Below are positions 1-9,850 of a DNA stretch of 64,000 bases, piece by piece. Source of the DNA: Podarcis bocagei (taxonomy: Eukaryota); assembly GCA_964188305.1 (NCBI GenBank), contig OZ076896.1. One strand, written 5' to 3'. Below the pieces are notes generated by a model. It saw only the letters and a program-made list of their open reading frames with translations. It did not search any database and was not told where the DNA came from. A program made the translations under genes and the position numbers. The stretch's first letter is position 1. Each line of letters begins with the position of its first letter.

Positions 1-525
1 TGTGTTTAGAATAATCTTGTGCATAATATAAAAAATACAAAGTGAGACATTAAGGTAATCCAAAGGGAAAATATGAAGAAGAGTTTCTGATGAACGGATT
101 ATTAAAAATGTGTGAGGTAAACGGTGGAAGTCTTCTTTTTTTAATAAAAAAAACCACAACAATTTATTTAAGGTAGATAAGTACAAGATGAAATTATACA
201 ATTGAATATAAATATAGATGGGAAACGGCTATGTATTGTGAGAACTTATCTACTTTTGAAAGTTTTCACTTATGATCTTTTTCTTTTACTTTTTTATTCT
301 TTCTTTGTTCTTTTTTCCTGATATCTTATCTTTCATTTCACTGCTTTATTGTGAATAGCATTTTATAGAGGTACAAATAACTGTAAATATGAAAAGAGAC
401 AAAATTTTCTCTAATTCTTTTTCCTTGGTTAGATGTATTTTCTTTTTCTTTTGTTTTTTCTTTTGTTGTGAATATGTATGTTTTCTAATTTGTACTTAAT
501 AAAAATTATTTTTTTATTAAAAAAA
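1..525 (+). mobile_element. 3' end of an L1-type/L1-dependent retroelement (cut by window edge), probably related to the element at 59996-62082
   Basis: T-rich 3' UTR ending in AATAAA (~499) plus a short A tail. Shares the exact 18-mer GGAAAATATGAAGAAGAG (66-83) with the minus strand at 60584-60601. Confidence 0.6.
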
Positions 526-527
526 CC

Positions 528-1012
528 TGTCTATTGATCCCTGTGCCACCACTGTGCTCGCTTCCCTGCTGCCACCAACCAGTTACTCTCTGGGAAAACA
601 CTGAGTCCAGTCAGTCATTAAAAGTGAACCAAAAAAGCAAGTTTATTTTACAAACATTAAGAAGTTTATGGTTTCTCAGATAATATTCCTGTCAGTATCT
701 TAAATTTAGTTTCTTTACCAGCCTATACCTTCCTAATACCTTCTGACTGATTATCTCAACTGTTTGACTGACTCCTCTTAACAAATTCTCCCACCAGACT
801 AGCCCAACCCACAGACTTTTCTTATCTCTCTCTTCTAACTCCAGACTGTCTTCTCAACAACTCTAACTTCCTAAAAAACCCCTCTGTGCATAAACCTTAT
901 ACACAGTTAACTCTGCCCCCTGGGTTCCCATTGGTTAGTCATTTTACAATTAGTTAGCCCTTTCCCTATGAACCCAGTATGATGTCACACACATAGGAGG
1001 GCAAACGCCGCA
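528..1012 (-). mobile_element. Solo LTR-like element (Gypsy/ERV-type), possibly truncated
   Basis: The minus strand reads TG...CA with a CCAAT box, TATA-like TATAAGG and AATAAA in LTR order. No TSD found. Confidence 0.5.
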
Positions 1013-1317
1013 GTGGTTGAGAGTGGGCAACAGGTCCCAAGTCACCTAGTGTGATTCATGGCTGAGTGGGGTATTTGAATCTCAGGTTAATAAGAATGCT
1101 AATATGTTACAGGCTGTTGGGTTAGGTTTTTGCATTCCTCTAAAAAGACCCAAATAAAATGAATCCTATTAGTAATAATTAGCCATGATGACCAAATGTT
1201 CTGATTACCAAGTACTGAGTCTCAGCCAAAGATGGCAAATACAAATACACACCATCATGCTTTGCCTAAGGAAACACCCCTTACCTGAGGTTATTGGAGG
1301 TGATTATCAGCCTCATG

Positions 1318-1859
1318 CAGTGCTTTTTTCCTGGAGGGACGCAGGGGTACGCATACCCCTAAACATTTTGTGAATCTAACGGGAGAAGAAACTAATTAAA
1401 AAATAATAAAATAGTTTCTTCTCTAGCACGGTGAATCGTCAGTTCCGTTGCTATCCCTGATGGCAACTTCATTTCCTGTCATGGTGTTTCCTGAGTCTCA
1501 GACGGAAGCGAGCATTTAATGTGTGAAGTAGGAGTTGGAATCTAGCACAGTGATTGGTCAGTTTTGTTGTTACCACCTCCAATGGCAGCTTCATTTCCTG
1601 AGTCTCAGACGGAAGCAAGCATTTAATGTGTGAAGCAGTGTGGAATGTGGAAGTGTGGTGCTTTACTGATGAAAATTTGAGGGGCAGTATTTCACTATGA
1701 GTAGGAAAATTACTATTTTTCATCATCATGAGGTAATGCATGTTCTTTGCACTTTTGTCCATTTACTGTATTTATTTTTCCTGATTTGAACTACAAAATG
1801 GTATTTTCTTGAGTGAAAATGAGAGTACCCCTAAAAAAATTTTAAAGAAAAAAGCACTG
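1318..1859. mobile_element. Non-autonomous hAT DNA transposon (MITE)
   Basis: TIRs CAGTGCTTTTTT...AAAAAAGCACTG. 8-bp TSD GCCTCATG/GCCTGATG (7/8). Internal ~42-bp direct repeat (about 1487-1528 and 1594-1634). Confidence 0.85.
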
Positions 1860-2056
1860 GCCTGATGTAGCATGGCAGTATTTATGGCAACAATGAATAA
1901 ATATATGAGAGCTGTGTAAAAAAAAAAAAATATTATGTGCTTTCTTAACCATTCTCCATCAACTGATGAGAAAAGAAATTGTATTAAAAATTAGCAAAGC
2001 AGAGAGAAAATGTTGATGAAATTTTCATGGTGGTATAGGGTTTCTGTTGTGCTTAC

Positions 2057-2211
2057 CTTGCTTTCAAGATGGCCAAGACCTCTGAGTCTTTCATTCTACC
2101 AGTCATATCTCCAGTGGCCTACTTCTACCGCCTTCCTGGGTTCCGGAGCATCCTGTCTCAGGTGACCTTTCATGTTAGTATGGAATTGCAGAGAGGCTGT
2201 ATACTGTGCAC
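2057..2211 (-). other. Candidate 155-nt spliced exon (non-coding, or first coding exon) of an unidentified transcript
   Basis: Acceptor cttttgtgtccccccttttaattctgcactgatttctag| and donor AAG|gtaagc. All three frames contain stops, but a late ATG gives MTGRMKDSEVLAILKA open to the donor. Confidence 0.4.
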
Positions 2212-2520
2212 CTAGAAATCAGTGCAGAATTAAAAGGGGGGACACAAAAGGAAGAATTTTCCTTAAAAACAAAATCAGTGTGCCCATCTATTATCGATGG
2301 AGGAAAAAATCAGTTCATCTCAGTTCACATTTGAAGGCAAACCTACTCCAAAATTCAGCTATCTTTAATATTTGAGCTTCTCCAAATTTTGCAATATAGC
2401 TCTCTAGACAAGTAATGTGTACTTGTACCGTACCCTGCTACCACCACCAATCTGGTGTATATAGTAACCATCCTCCCCTAACTTATCATGTTGCTTCAAT
2501 TAAAGTCCAGGTGAACACGT

Positions 2521-2661
2521 CATCAGTTGGTAGCGCATGAGACACTTAATCTCAGAGTTGGGGGTTCAAGCCCCACATTGGGCTAAAGATTCTTTTGCTG
2601 GGGGTTGGGCTCTATGACCCTTGTGGTCCCTTCCAGCTCTTCAGTTTTATGATTTCTATGA
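2521..2661 (+). mobile_element. tRNA(Lys)-headed SINE with CR1-type 3' tail
   Basis: Degenerate A/B boxes (CAGTTGGTAG...GGTTCAAGCCC), CTTAATCTCAG anticodon-arm remnant, then GGTCCCTTCCA...TTCTATGA CR1-like end. Confidence 0.75.
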
Positions 2662-3512
2662 ACTCCACCCATGAGGGTTTTCAGCCATGGTTGGGTGCAA
2701 AGTGCACAATAAATGTTTCATGGAAAGAAAAACACACAATTTTATTTAATTTATATACCACCCTATACCTGCAGCTCTCACCTCACAGTGTTAAAGAAAG
2801 CTCAACCCTGAACCCATCAAAATCCAAAGCACCCTGAGAATGTGGGAGAAAAACAGAAGCCTCTTTTGCAGGGGGAGAAATTGGAGGATATGTTTCAACA
2901 TAAAGCTAAAATTAACATTCATCAGCTTAGGAAAGAAGCAAAGAGGCCAAACTACTTCTGCACAGAACATCCCTCTCATGCTGACTGCCCCCTCACCCCC
3001 GCCAAACTGCTTTTGAAATGCAGTGACACTTTAAAAGAATCTTTGGAATATTCTAAGGGCAGATGGTGAGAGTATAACACTCCGAAAATGTGCAGGTGGT
3101 GCTCGTGTTCCCTTCTGGATTGCAGCCAATGGAGGTAATCATTTTAGGATCATTTTAGAATTATGGGCAATTTCTAAGCTGTTCACCTGCCTCACCTCTT
3201 CTGTAACATAAACACGGATAATTCTCTGTGCTCTTCTCATGACTTCAATGGTTCTCAAAGTTTAATAATTAATGAACACTATATTCAATAATAGTAAACA
3301 GATTTTTTTTTTTAAAAAAAGACAAAAACAGTGTATCAGGACCATCTTTCAGACATAATGTTTTCAAACCAAGCAACGCCTAACATTTTAGATCTCTGAG
3401 CCAACTATGTTCATAAGACGGTATTGATTTGTAGAACATGACTTAAAATCTCAGCAATCGCTGAGCAATCTGTGAGGAGCTCTTGAAAACTGAATGTATG
3501 TATGTAACTAGA

Positions 3513-3692
3513 NNNNNNNNNNNNNNNNNNNNNNNNNNNNNNNNNNNNNNNNNNNNNNNNNNNNNNNNNNNNNNNNNNNNNNNNNNNNNNNNNNNNNNNN
3601 NNNNNNNNNNNNNNNNNNNNNNNNNNNNNNNNNNNNNNNNNNNNNNNNNNNNNNNNNNNNNNNNNNNNNNNNNNNNNNNNNNNNNNNNNNNN
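3513..3692. other. Assembly gap (180 N)
   Basis: Run of N. Confidence 1.
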
Positions 3693-4967
3693 GCCCAAAA
3701 CCATGGTTTCTGCTTGAACTTTGCCTCAGATCCACCTAATTCAGCACAGAGTGCAGCTGCGACCCGTCTCTGAACAACGGCAGTATTAAATTAGAGCACA
3801 AGGCCATCAATTTAATAAGTACTGTACCAGGTAATTTGAATAAGGACAGTATTAGTATTCTGCTGGTGCACATCTAAAAGCAGCTGACCTTTCAGATCAG
3901 AAAAGATCCTTGAACACATCAAGTCGAATCAGAGAACACAGTAATAATCTGACCATGTTAAGAGTGCTAAGAGAGACTTGCACATCCCTAGACCTGCAAC
4001 TGTATATCAGCTTGTTCTGCAGTATATAATACAAACAAGGTTCTAAATAGAACAAAGGTAATGCAAAAGGTACTTTCAGTGGCACATTTGGAAATGCTCC
4101 TTATTACCCTGATTTATGGAGCAAAGAATATAAAATTAATCAATGCACATAAAGAGGCATTGTGAACACCCAGATAACTATTCAGCAACTTTTCAGCACA
4201 ATTTAGTACCAGGCACCTCTGTGGGTATCTTGCAGTAAAGAGTACAACATATATATTATCTTATTACTATATTTCTGTAAACTGAAGGAAAAGAAGATGG
4301 ACAAAGCCAGATAATGCTTTTCAGCTAATTGGCAACTTTTCCAAGGGTTTACAGCTATAATAAAAATTCTCTACTAAAAGGCTTTCGGTATGCAGACTCA
4401 AAGGTATGCGTGAACTAATCCCCTATAGTCTGTCAAGCTGTCTTGAAATACTCACAAGCAGGGTTTGCCAAAACGACACACTCACCAGATCTACATATGC
4501 TGTTGGGATTTTATTTTTTGTTCACTTACAGCACCACCCCCATCTCATCTGCCAACTACTTTCTCAGCTCAGGAGGGCTTAGTGATTTGTTGCAGAGAGC
4601 CAGCAAAACAAAAACAAGAACTCAGTGTGTACCTGTTGGCTCTTCAGCGTGTGTAAATGATTGCTCTTTAACCACCCTGGGATAGATATTATGAAAGGCA
4701 GCCTATAAATGCCTCAAATAAATAAAATAAAAGTTATAATACCGGAGCAAAAGAGTGTCTCCAGTGACTGAACAAGCCATAGTGACAAAGTATGCTGACA
4801 GAGTAACAAAATGGTTTCTGTGATAGATGCTATGTTGTCCACCCTGGTTTTCCATTCAATTCCATTGAGGAGAAAGATTTTCATGCAGAAGAGGGCCTAT
4901 ATAATATACAGTACTGAATGACAGAAGGCTCATGTGCTCATCTGAGCACATATGGATCTCTGGACAG

Positions 4968-5363
4968 CAGACCCTCCAAGCGTCCCTATTTTCCAGGGAC
5001 AGTCCCGGATTTACAGAAGCCACCCCAGTTTCTGATTTGATTCTGGAATGTCCCTTTTTTTCCTTAGGATGTCCCTATTTTCATCAGGGAAATGTTGGAG
5101 GGTATGGAGTTATGTGACACCAGAGCCAAGGAGATAAGTAATTATACAACCTTTAGAAGACACCTGAAGGCAGCCCTGTTTAGGGAAGTTTTTTAATGTT
5201 TGATGTTTTATTATGTTTTTATGCATGTTGGAAACAGCCCAGAGTGGCTGGGGCAACCCAGTCAGATGTGCGGGTTATAAATAATAAAATTATTATTGTT
5301 GTTGTTGTTATTAACATAGAATAGGACATCCCTATTTTCCTTGGAAAAATATTGGAGGGTACG
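4968..5363 (+). mobile_element. Composite hAT-like MITE containing an L2 3' end
   Basis: Ends CAGACCCTCCAA / TTGGAGGGTA (at both ~5106 and ~5363). The internal segment encodes the L2 ORF2 C-terminus-like KEISNYTTFRRHLKAALFREVF followed by an L2 tail. Confidence 0.7.
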
Positions 5364-5979
5364 TAACAATTTAGTTCCTGGCATCCACATAATTTTGTTA
5401 TACAACAGCCACAATCCCAAATATCCAAAAACTCACAAATACGTTAGAGCCTACATCTTCAGAATAATGATTTCCACAGTGGGTTACAAATAGTTAATAC
5501 ATCGCACCACTTTTGAATCCTAAAGTATTACATGGATGGTGTCTGAACTGGCAGTGCCTAATCAGGAAAGAAACTGTGGTGTTCTGGTGGAAATCTCACG
5601 GGGCTTGTGTGAGACAGCTATGAAAATGTTAGAAAATTCCATGCTAGAGAAGAGTTAGAAAAGGGACTGAAAATGAAACTGTCAATATTGTAATGTCTTC
5701 ATGCAAACCTATGGTGCAATCACACTTGTAATCCTGTGGATAGTTCTGCTTCCTGCATCTAAAAACAACAACAAACAAACAAACAAAACACCTTACTGTA
5801 GAGCTGGGGAAAAATGCAGAAAAAGGCACCCAAAATTATCTGGAGAAAGTACTGTATGAAAAGAAATGTTGTGTTTGGTGAATGGGGGTGGGGGAAGCAT
5901 GATGTGGAGAAAGTAGATAGTGTTATGTTTTTCTTCCTCAATGCTAGAACCCGAAGGTCATCCAAAGAGACTAAATGCT

Positions 5980-6298
5980 GGAAGATTCAGGGCAGACATA
6001 GTTAAATTGTTGACTTTTCCTACCAGGAGATGCAGTGATAGATACCAACTTAGATGGCTTTTAGAAGAGATTACACAAATTCATGGAGGGTAAAGCTATC
6101 AACAGCTACCAATTATGATGGCTATATGCCACCTCAGGATCAGAGGCTGAAAGTCTCTCAATACCCGTAGCTGGAAAACAACCGCAGGAGAGGGCTATTG
6201 CTTGTTGGTTTCCCACAGGCATCTGGTTGGCAGCTGTGGGATATAGGGGGATAACCTAGATAGGCCTTTGGGAGGATTTGTAAGCTCTTATTAAGTTC
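5980..6298 (+). mobile_element. Old CR1 LINE 3' fragment
   Basis: Translates to LPGDAVIDTNLDGF..LHKFMEGKAINSY, resembling the CR1 ORF2 C-terminus, followed by a CR1-like 3' UTR. Confidence 0.65.
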
Positions 6299-7378
6299 TG
6301 AAGGAACAGAACAAAGCAGGGGATAGTGAAAGAGTTTTTATATGCAGATGTCAGGACACCTTCATGGTTATAGATTATGTGCAAATCCCAGTTTATAAAC
6401 TAACTTTCTTACCTAGGAGAGCTTGCTGTAAATAAATATAAAAGTGTTTTTTAACAACAACTATTACTACTACTACTACAACCAACACTGAATTTGTACA
6501 AATGATCTCTTTAACTGAGACACGCTTTTAATGTTATTGTTATAAACAGAAGTCAAGAGAGCTATGTTCTAGTACAGAAAAGACACACTACCTGATCTTT
6601 CCATTAAATTTACACCACATAAAAATGGAGGATAAGCGGGACATGACTCATTCATGAATAGAGTCCTTAGTCTGATTTGTGGCAGTGAGCATGGTGTCAC
6701 AGGCATACTTATTGCTAGGAATGTATCAAATTACCTTTGCTGCAATTATTAAAATTCTTTCTCCACCTTGCAAGTGAACTTAATTTCAAGTGCCAAGAAT
6801 CTCCCTGGTGAGTTTTCCCCCATCAAATATTTCATAACTAAAACATTAAATACATCTGCTAAAAGAGGACAAGTAATAGTATAATCCATTTTATTTTTAA
6901 AAGGCATGCAATTTCAGAAAGTACTAATACTAATAATATAACCACCTACTTTAATGGGGCTCTGTATAATACTGCACCTGCCAATCTGCTTATCCATCTA
7001 GCACCCACAAGACCTTTATAGAAATGTAGCTCTGTACAATTGGCACAGAGCCTTAACTAAAGGTAGAAGTTTTTTTTTTGTTTTTGTTTTTAAGAGAGTA
7101 TTAAAGCATTTTAAATAGCAGAGTAGAAAATCATAAACAGTGAACTAGATCTCATGATTTGAGGCAAGGTTTTCTATTGAGACCATTAGTCCATTTGACC
7201 TGGAAGTACTAAAGTCTCAGTAACTTGGACTGACTGCAGTGTTTCAAGGCCTTGGAAATCTTCTCTAGGCAGCTACCTCAAGCAGGTACTGTATCTGCAG
7301 ATATACATGCATAGCATATATGTCACCCAAAGTCAACAGGCAACAAGAAAAAACCGGTCAGTTCAGGGCTTTGCATAA

Positions 7379-7737
7379 GTGGTCCAAACCACTGAGCCTT
7401 TTGGGCTTGCCAATCAGAGGGTCAGTGATTTGAATCCCTGCGACAGGGTGAGCTCCTGCTGCTCTGTCCCAGCTTCTGCCAACCTAGAAGATCGAAAGTA
7501 TGCCAGTGCAAGTAGTTAAATAGGTACCGCTGCGGCGGGAAGGTAAACGGCGTTCCCGTGTGCTCTGGCTTCTCTCATGGTGTTCCGTTGTGCCAGAAGT
7601 GGTTTAGTCATGCTGGCCACATGACCCAGAAAGCTGTCTGTGGACAAATGCCGGCTCCCTCGGCCTGAAAGCAAGATGAGCGCCACAACCCCATAGTCGC
7701 CTTCGAATGGACTTAACCATCCAGGGGTCCTTTACCT
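7379..7737 (+). mobile_element. Sauria SINE (older, 5'-eroded copy)
   Basis: Diagnostic GCCAACCTAG..CGAAAG, AAATAGGTACCGC, CTGGCCACATGACC and CCTTTACC tail. Homologous to the other copies in the window. Confidence 0.9.
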
Positions 7738-8293
7738 ATCTGCATATTTCAAGCAGTTTTGGGATACTGCAGCTTTTTTAGCAGAAGCAAGGGGGAAGTA
7801 TCACTAGTTCTCCATTTCAAAGCTTTCTCCCAGCTGAATGTTCACAGGAGGATTCGAGATTCATGTTTGAACACATGTCTGCAATGCAACAGGGGGAACA
7901 GCATATGCAGGAGGGCAATTTGGAATGGGGAAACAACATGTAGGGGAAATGCTGAACATTTCTCCCCCCTCCCCTTGCTTTTTCCACCAAAACTATGTGT
8001 CCCAAAATTCCTTTTCCTTATTAAAAGACCTGGCAGTTCATAAATATACACACCTATATGAGTAACACCTATTTAAGTTCACAGAAGGGTTTGAGCCCAA
8101 CTCTATGACTTGTTAACTGTCTCAGAAAAAAACCAAGATCTACTAAGGGCCAAATTAGATTGCTATTTTATGTTGGAGCTCCTTCTTTGGAGGCCCGAAC
8201 ATAATTTCCCATTTATGAAATCATCTATATGAGAGACTTGGACTGTGGCCAGCACAAGGGAGGAGGCCTAACCCCTTTGGCCCACACACCATA

Positions 8294-8295
<2 letters not shown>

Positions 8296-8368
<73 letters not shown>
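8296..8368. repeat. (CT)n(CA)n compound microsatellite
   Basis: Direct inspection. Confidence 0.95.
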
Positions 8369-8442
8369 GATACCATTAGTCACAAAGAAGCAAACTTGTG
8401 GGCTTCAGTTTTTAAGATCATATCCCCACCACCACCCACTCT

Positions 8443-8580
8443 GGAATAGCTCAGTTGATAAAACAGGAGACTCAGGGTTGTGGGTTCAAGCCCCACGTTG
8501 GGCAAAAGATTCCTGCACTGCAGGGGGTTGGACTAGATGACCCTTGTGCTCCCTTCCAACTCTGCAGTTCTCTGATTTTA
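8443..8580 (+). mobile_element. tRNA(Lys)-headed SINE with CR1-type tail
   Basis: TAGCTCAGTTG A box, GGTTCAAGCCCCACGTTGGGC B-box arm, then GGGGGTTGGACTAGATGACCC...CCCTTCCAACTCT. Homologous to 2521-2661. Confidence 0.8.
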
Positions 8581-9016
8581 ACAGCAGCTCTGTGAGGTTG
8601 ACCTGGATCATAGGTTCATGCAACATTCAGGGGAAGGGGTAAGAGTCCTGCCACTTCCACTATGACCCTGGTCGAATATGATCTTCGGTGCTCTAAAATA
8701 ATGCATAGTTTACCTTAACATTTAATCCAATCTATTCATCAGTCAATTAAATAATGCCAAGTTTTCAATTGATTGTGGTTTGAGAATGTTGTTCTGAGAG
8801 CCACATTGTGATTATAACACAAATTGGAGGATTGCTGGTGATTTGCATATTAAATTGGATATGTTGCTTATATTTTCACAAATGGCAGAATCCAAGTTAT
8901 AGTGAACTAAGATGCATTAACAAATAACCCATTTCCCTTAGTGTTACATACTGCTGTTGCCTGCAGCTGTTCAACATAACCATGAAAAAAAATAACTGCA
9001 ATCCTGTCCACATTTA

Positions 9017-9850
9017 TTTAGGAATAAATCGGATTGAACTTAATTGGAAGTCCTTCTAAGCCTCGTTTCTGTGCCCAATAAACATGGGACGCCTTTGTCC
9101 TGCGGCGCTGTGGCCCGCAGATTGCAGCAAAATACTGGGCAAGGTTTTGCCCAGTATCTTCTCTGTGTGATGGGCTCATGGGAAAAACTGTCCCATGAGC
9201 CCTTGCAGAAGAGGGGAGGGGAAAGCCTATATAAGGCTCCTTCCCCTGGATCTCACAGCCATTTTGCTTTGAGAGCTTCCCAACCACCCACCTTTGGGTT
9301 AGAGCCTTCACTGAGCAATTTTGGGTCATTGGTTGACAGGGCCAGAAATGTGTTTTTTCCCCCTCTCAACCTGACTGGCACTTGGCTGGAGTCTTTTTTC
9401 ACCTTTCCCTCAGTGAAATTATGGCTTTCCTTTGTTAGGCGGAAGAACATGTTTGTAAGAGGGTGGAAATGGCATTGGTCAGGATCACCATAGTATGGGG
9501 GGCCCCCATAAAGGGCCTGAGTGGGGGATTGCCCATGGCAAACCAAAGCATGGGTTCGGTATCTACCTAGTTAGAATCTGCATCCTAGTCCCCCAGTGAG
9601 ACCTTGCTTGCTTGGCTTGCACCACGGCAAGGTTCAACACTGGCCGACTCATGTAGTACAGGTATGGAGCGATCCAAACCCAGTGGGTCCATTCCATCAA
9701 CATGGGGCTTGTGGAATGAAGAACTGGTCCTGGGACCCAATGCTATGCCAACCCTTGCCCTTCCTGCTGCTGTCAATAAAAAATTGACCTGATTTTATTC
9801 CATCACCATTGTACAGTCTGGTTATTTTGCTGCTCTCATGGGTCATATAA
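9017..9850 (+). mobile_element. LTR-like retroelement terminal repeat (possibly DIRS/Ngaro-type), hairpin-rich
   Basis: GC-richer island with TATATAA (9228-9234), AATAAA (~9775) followed by a GT-rich tract, and multiple inverted repeats. No TG..CA ends or TSD identified. Confidence 0.5.

Noticed and set aside
2521-2583. tRNA-like sequences (also 8443 and 45240)
   Set aside because: Degenerate cloverleafs fused to CR1-type tails. These are SINE heads, not tRNA genes.
3411-3773. ORFs containing X runs
   Set aside because: Artefacts of the 180-N assembly gap.
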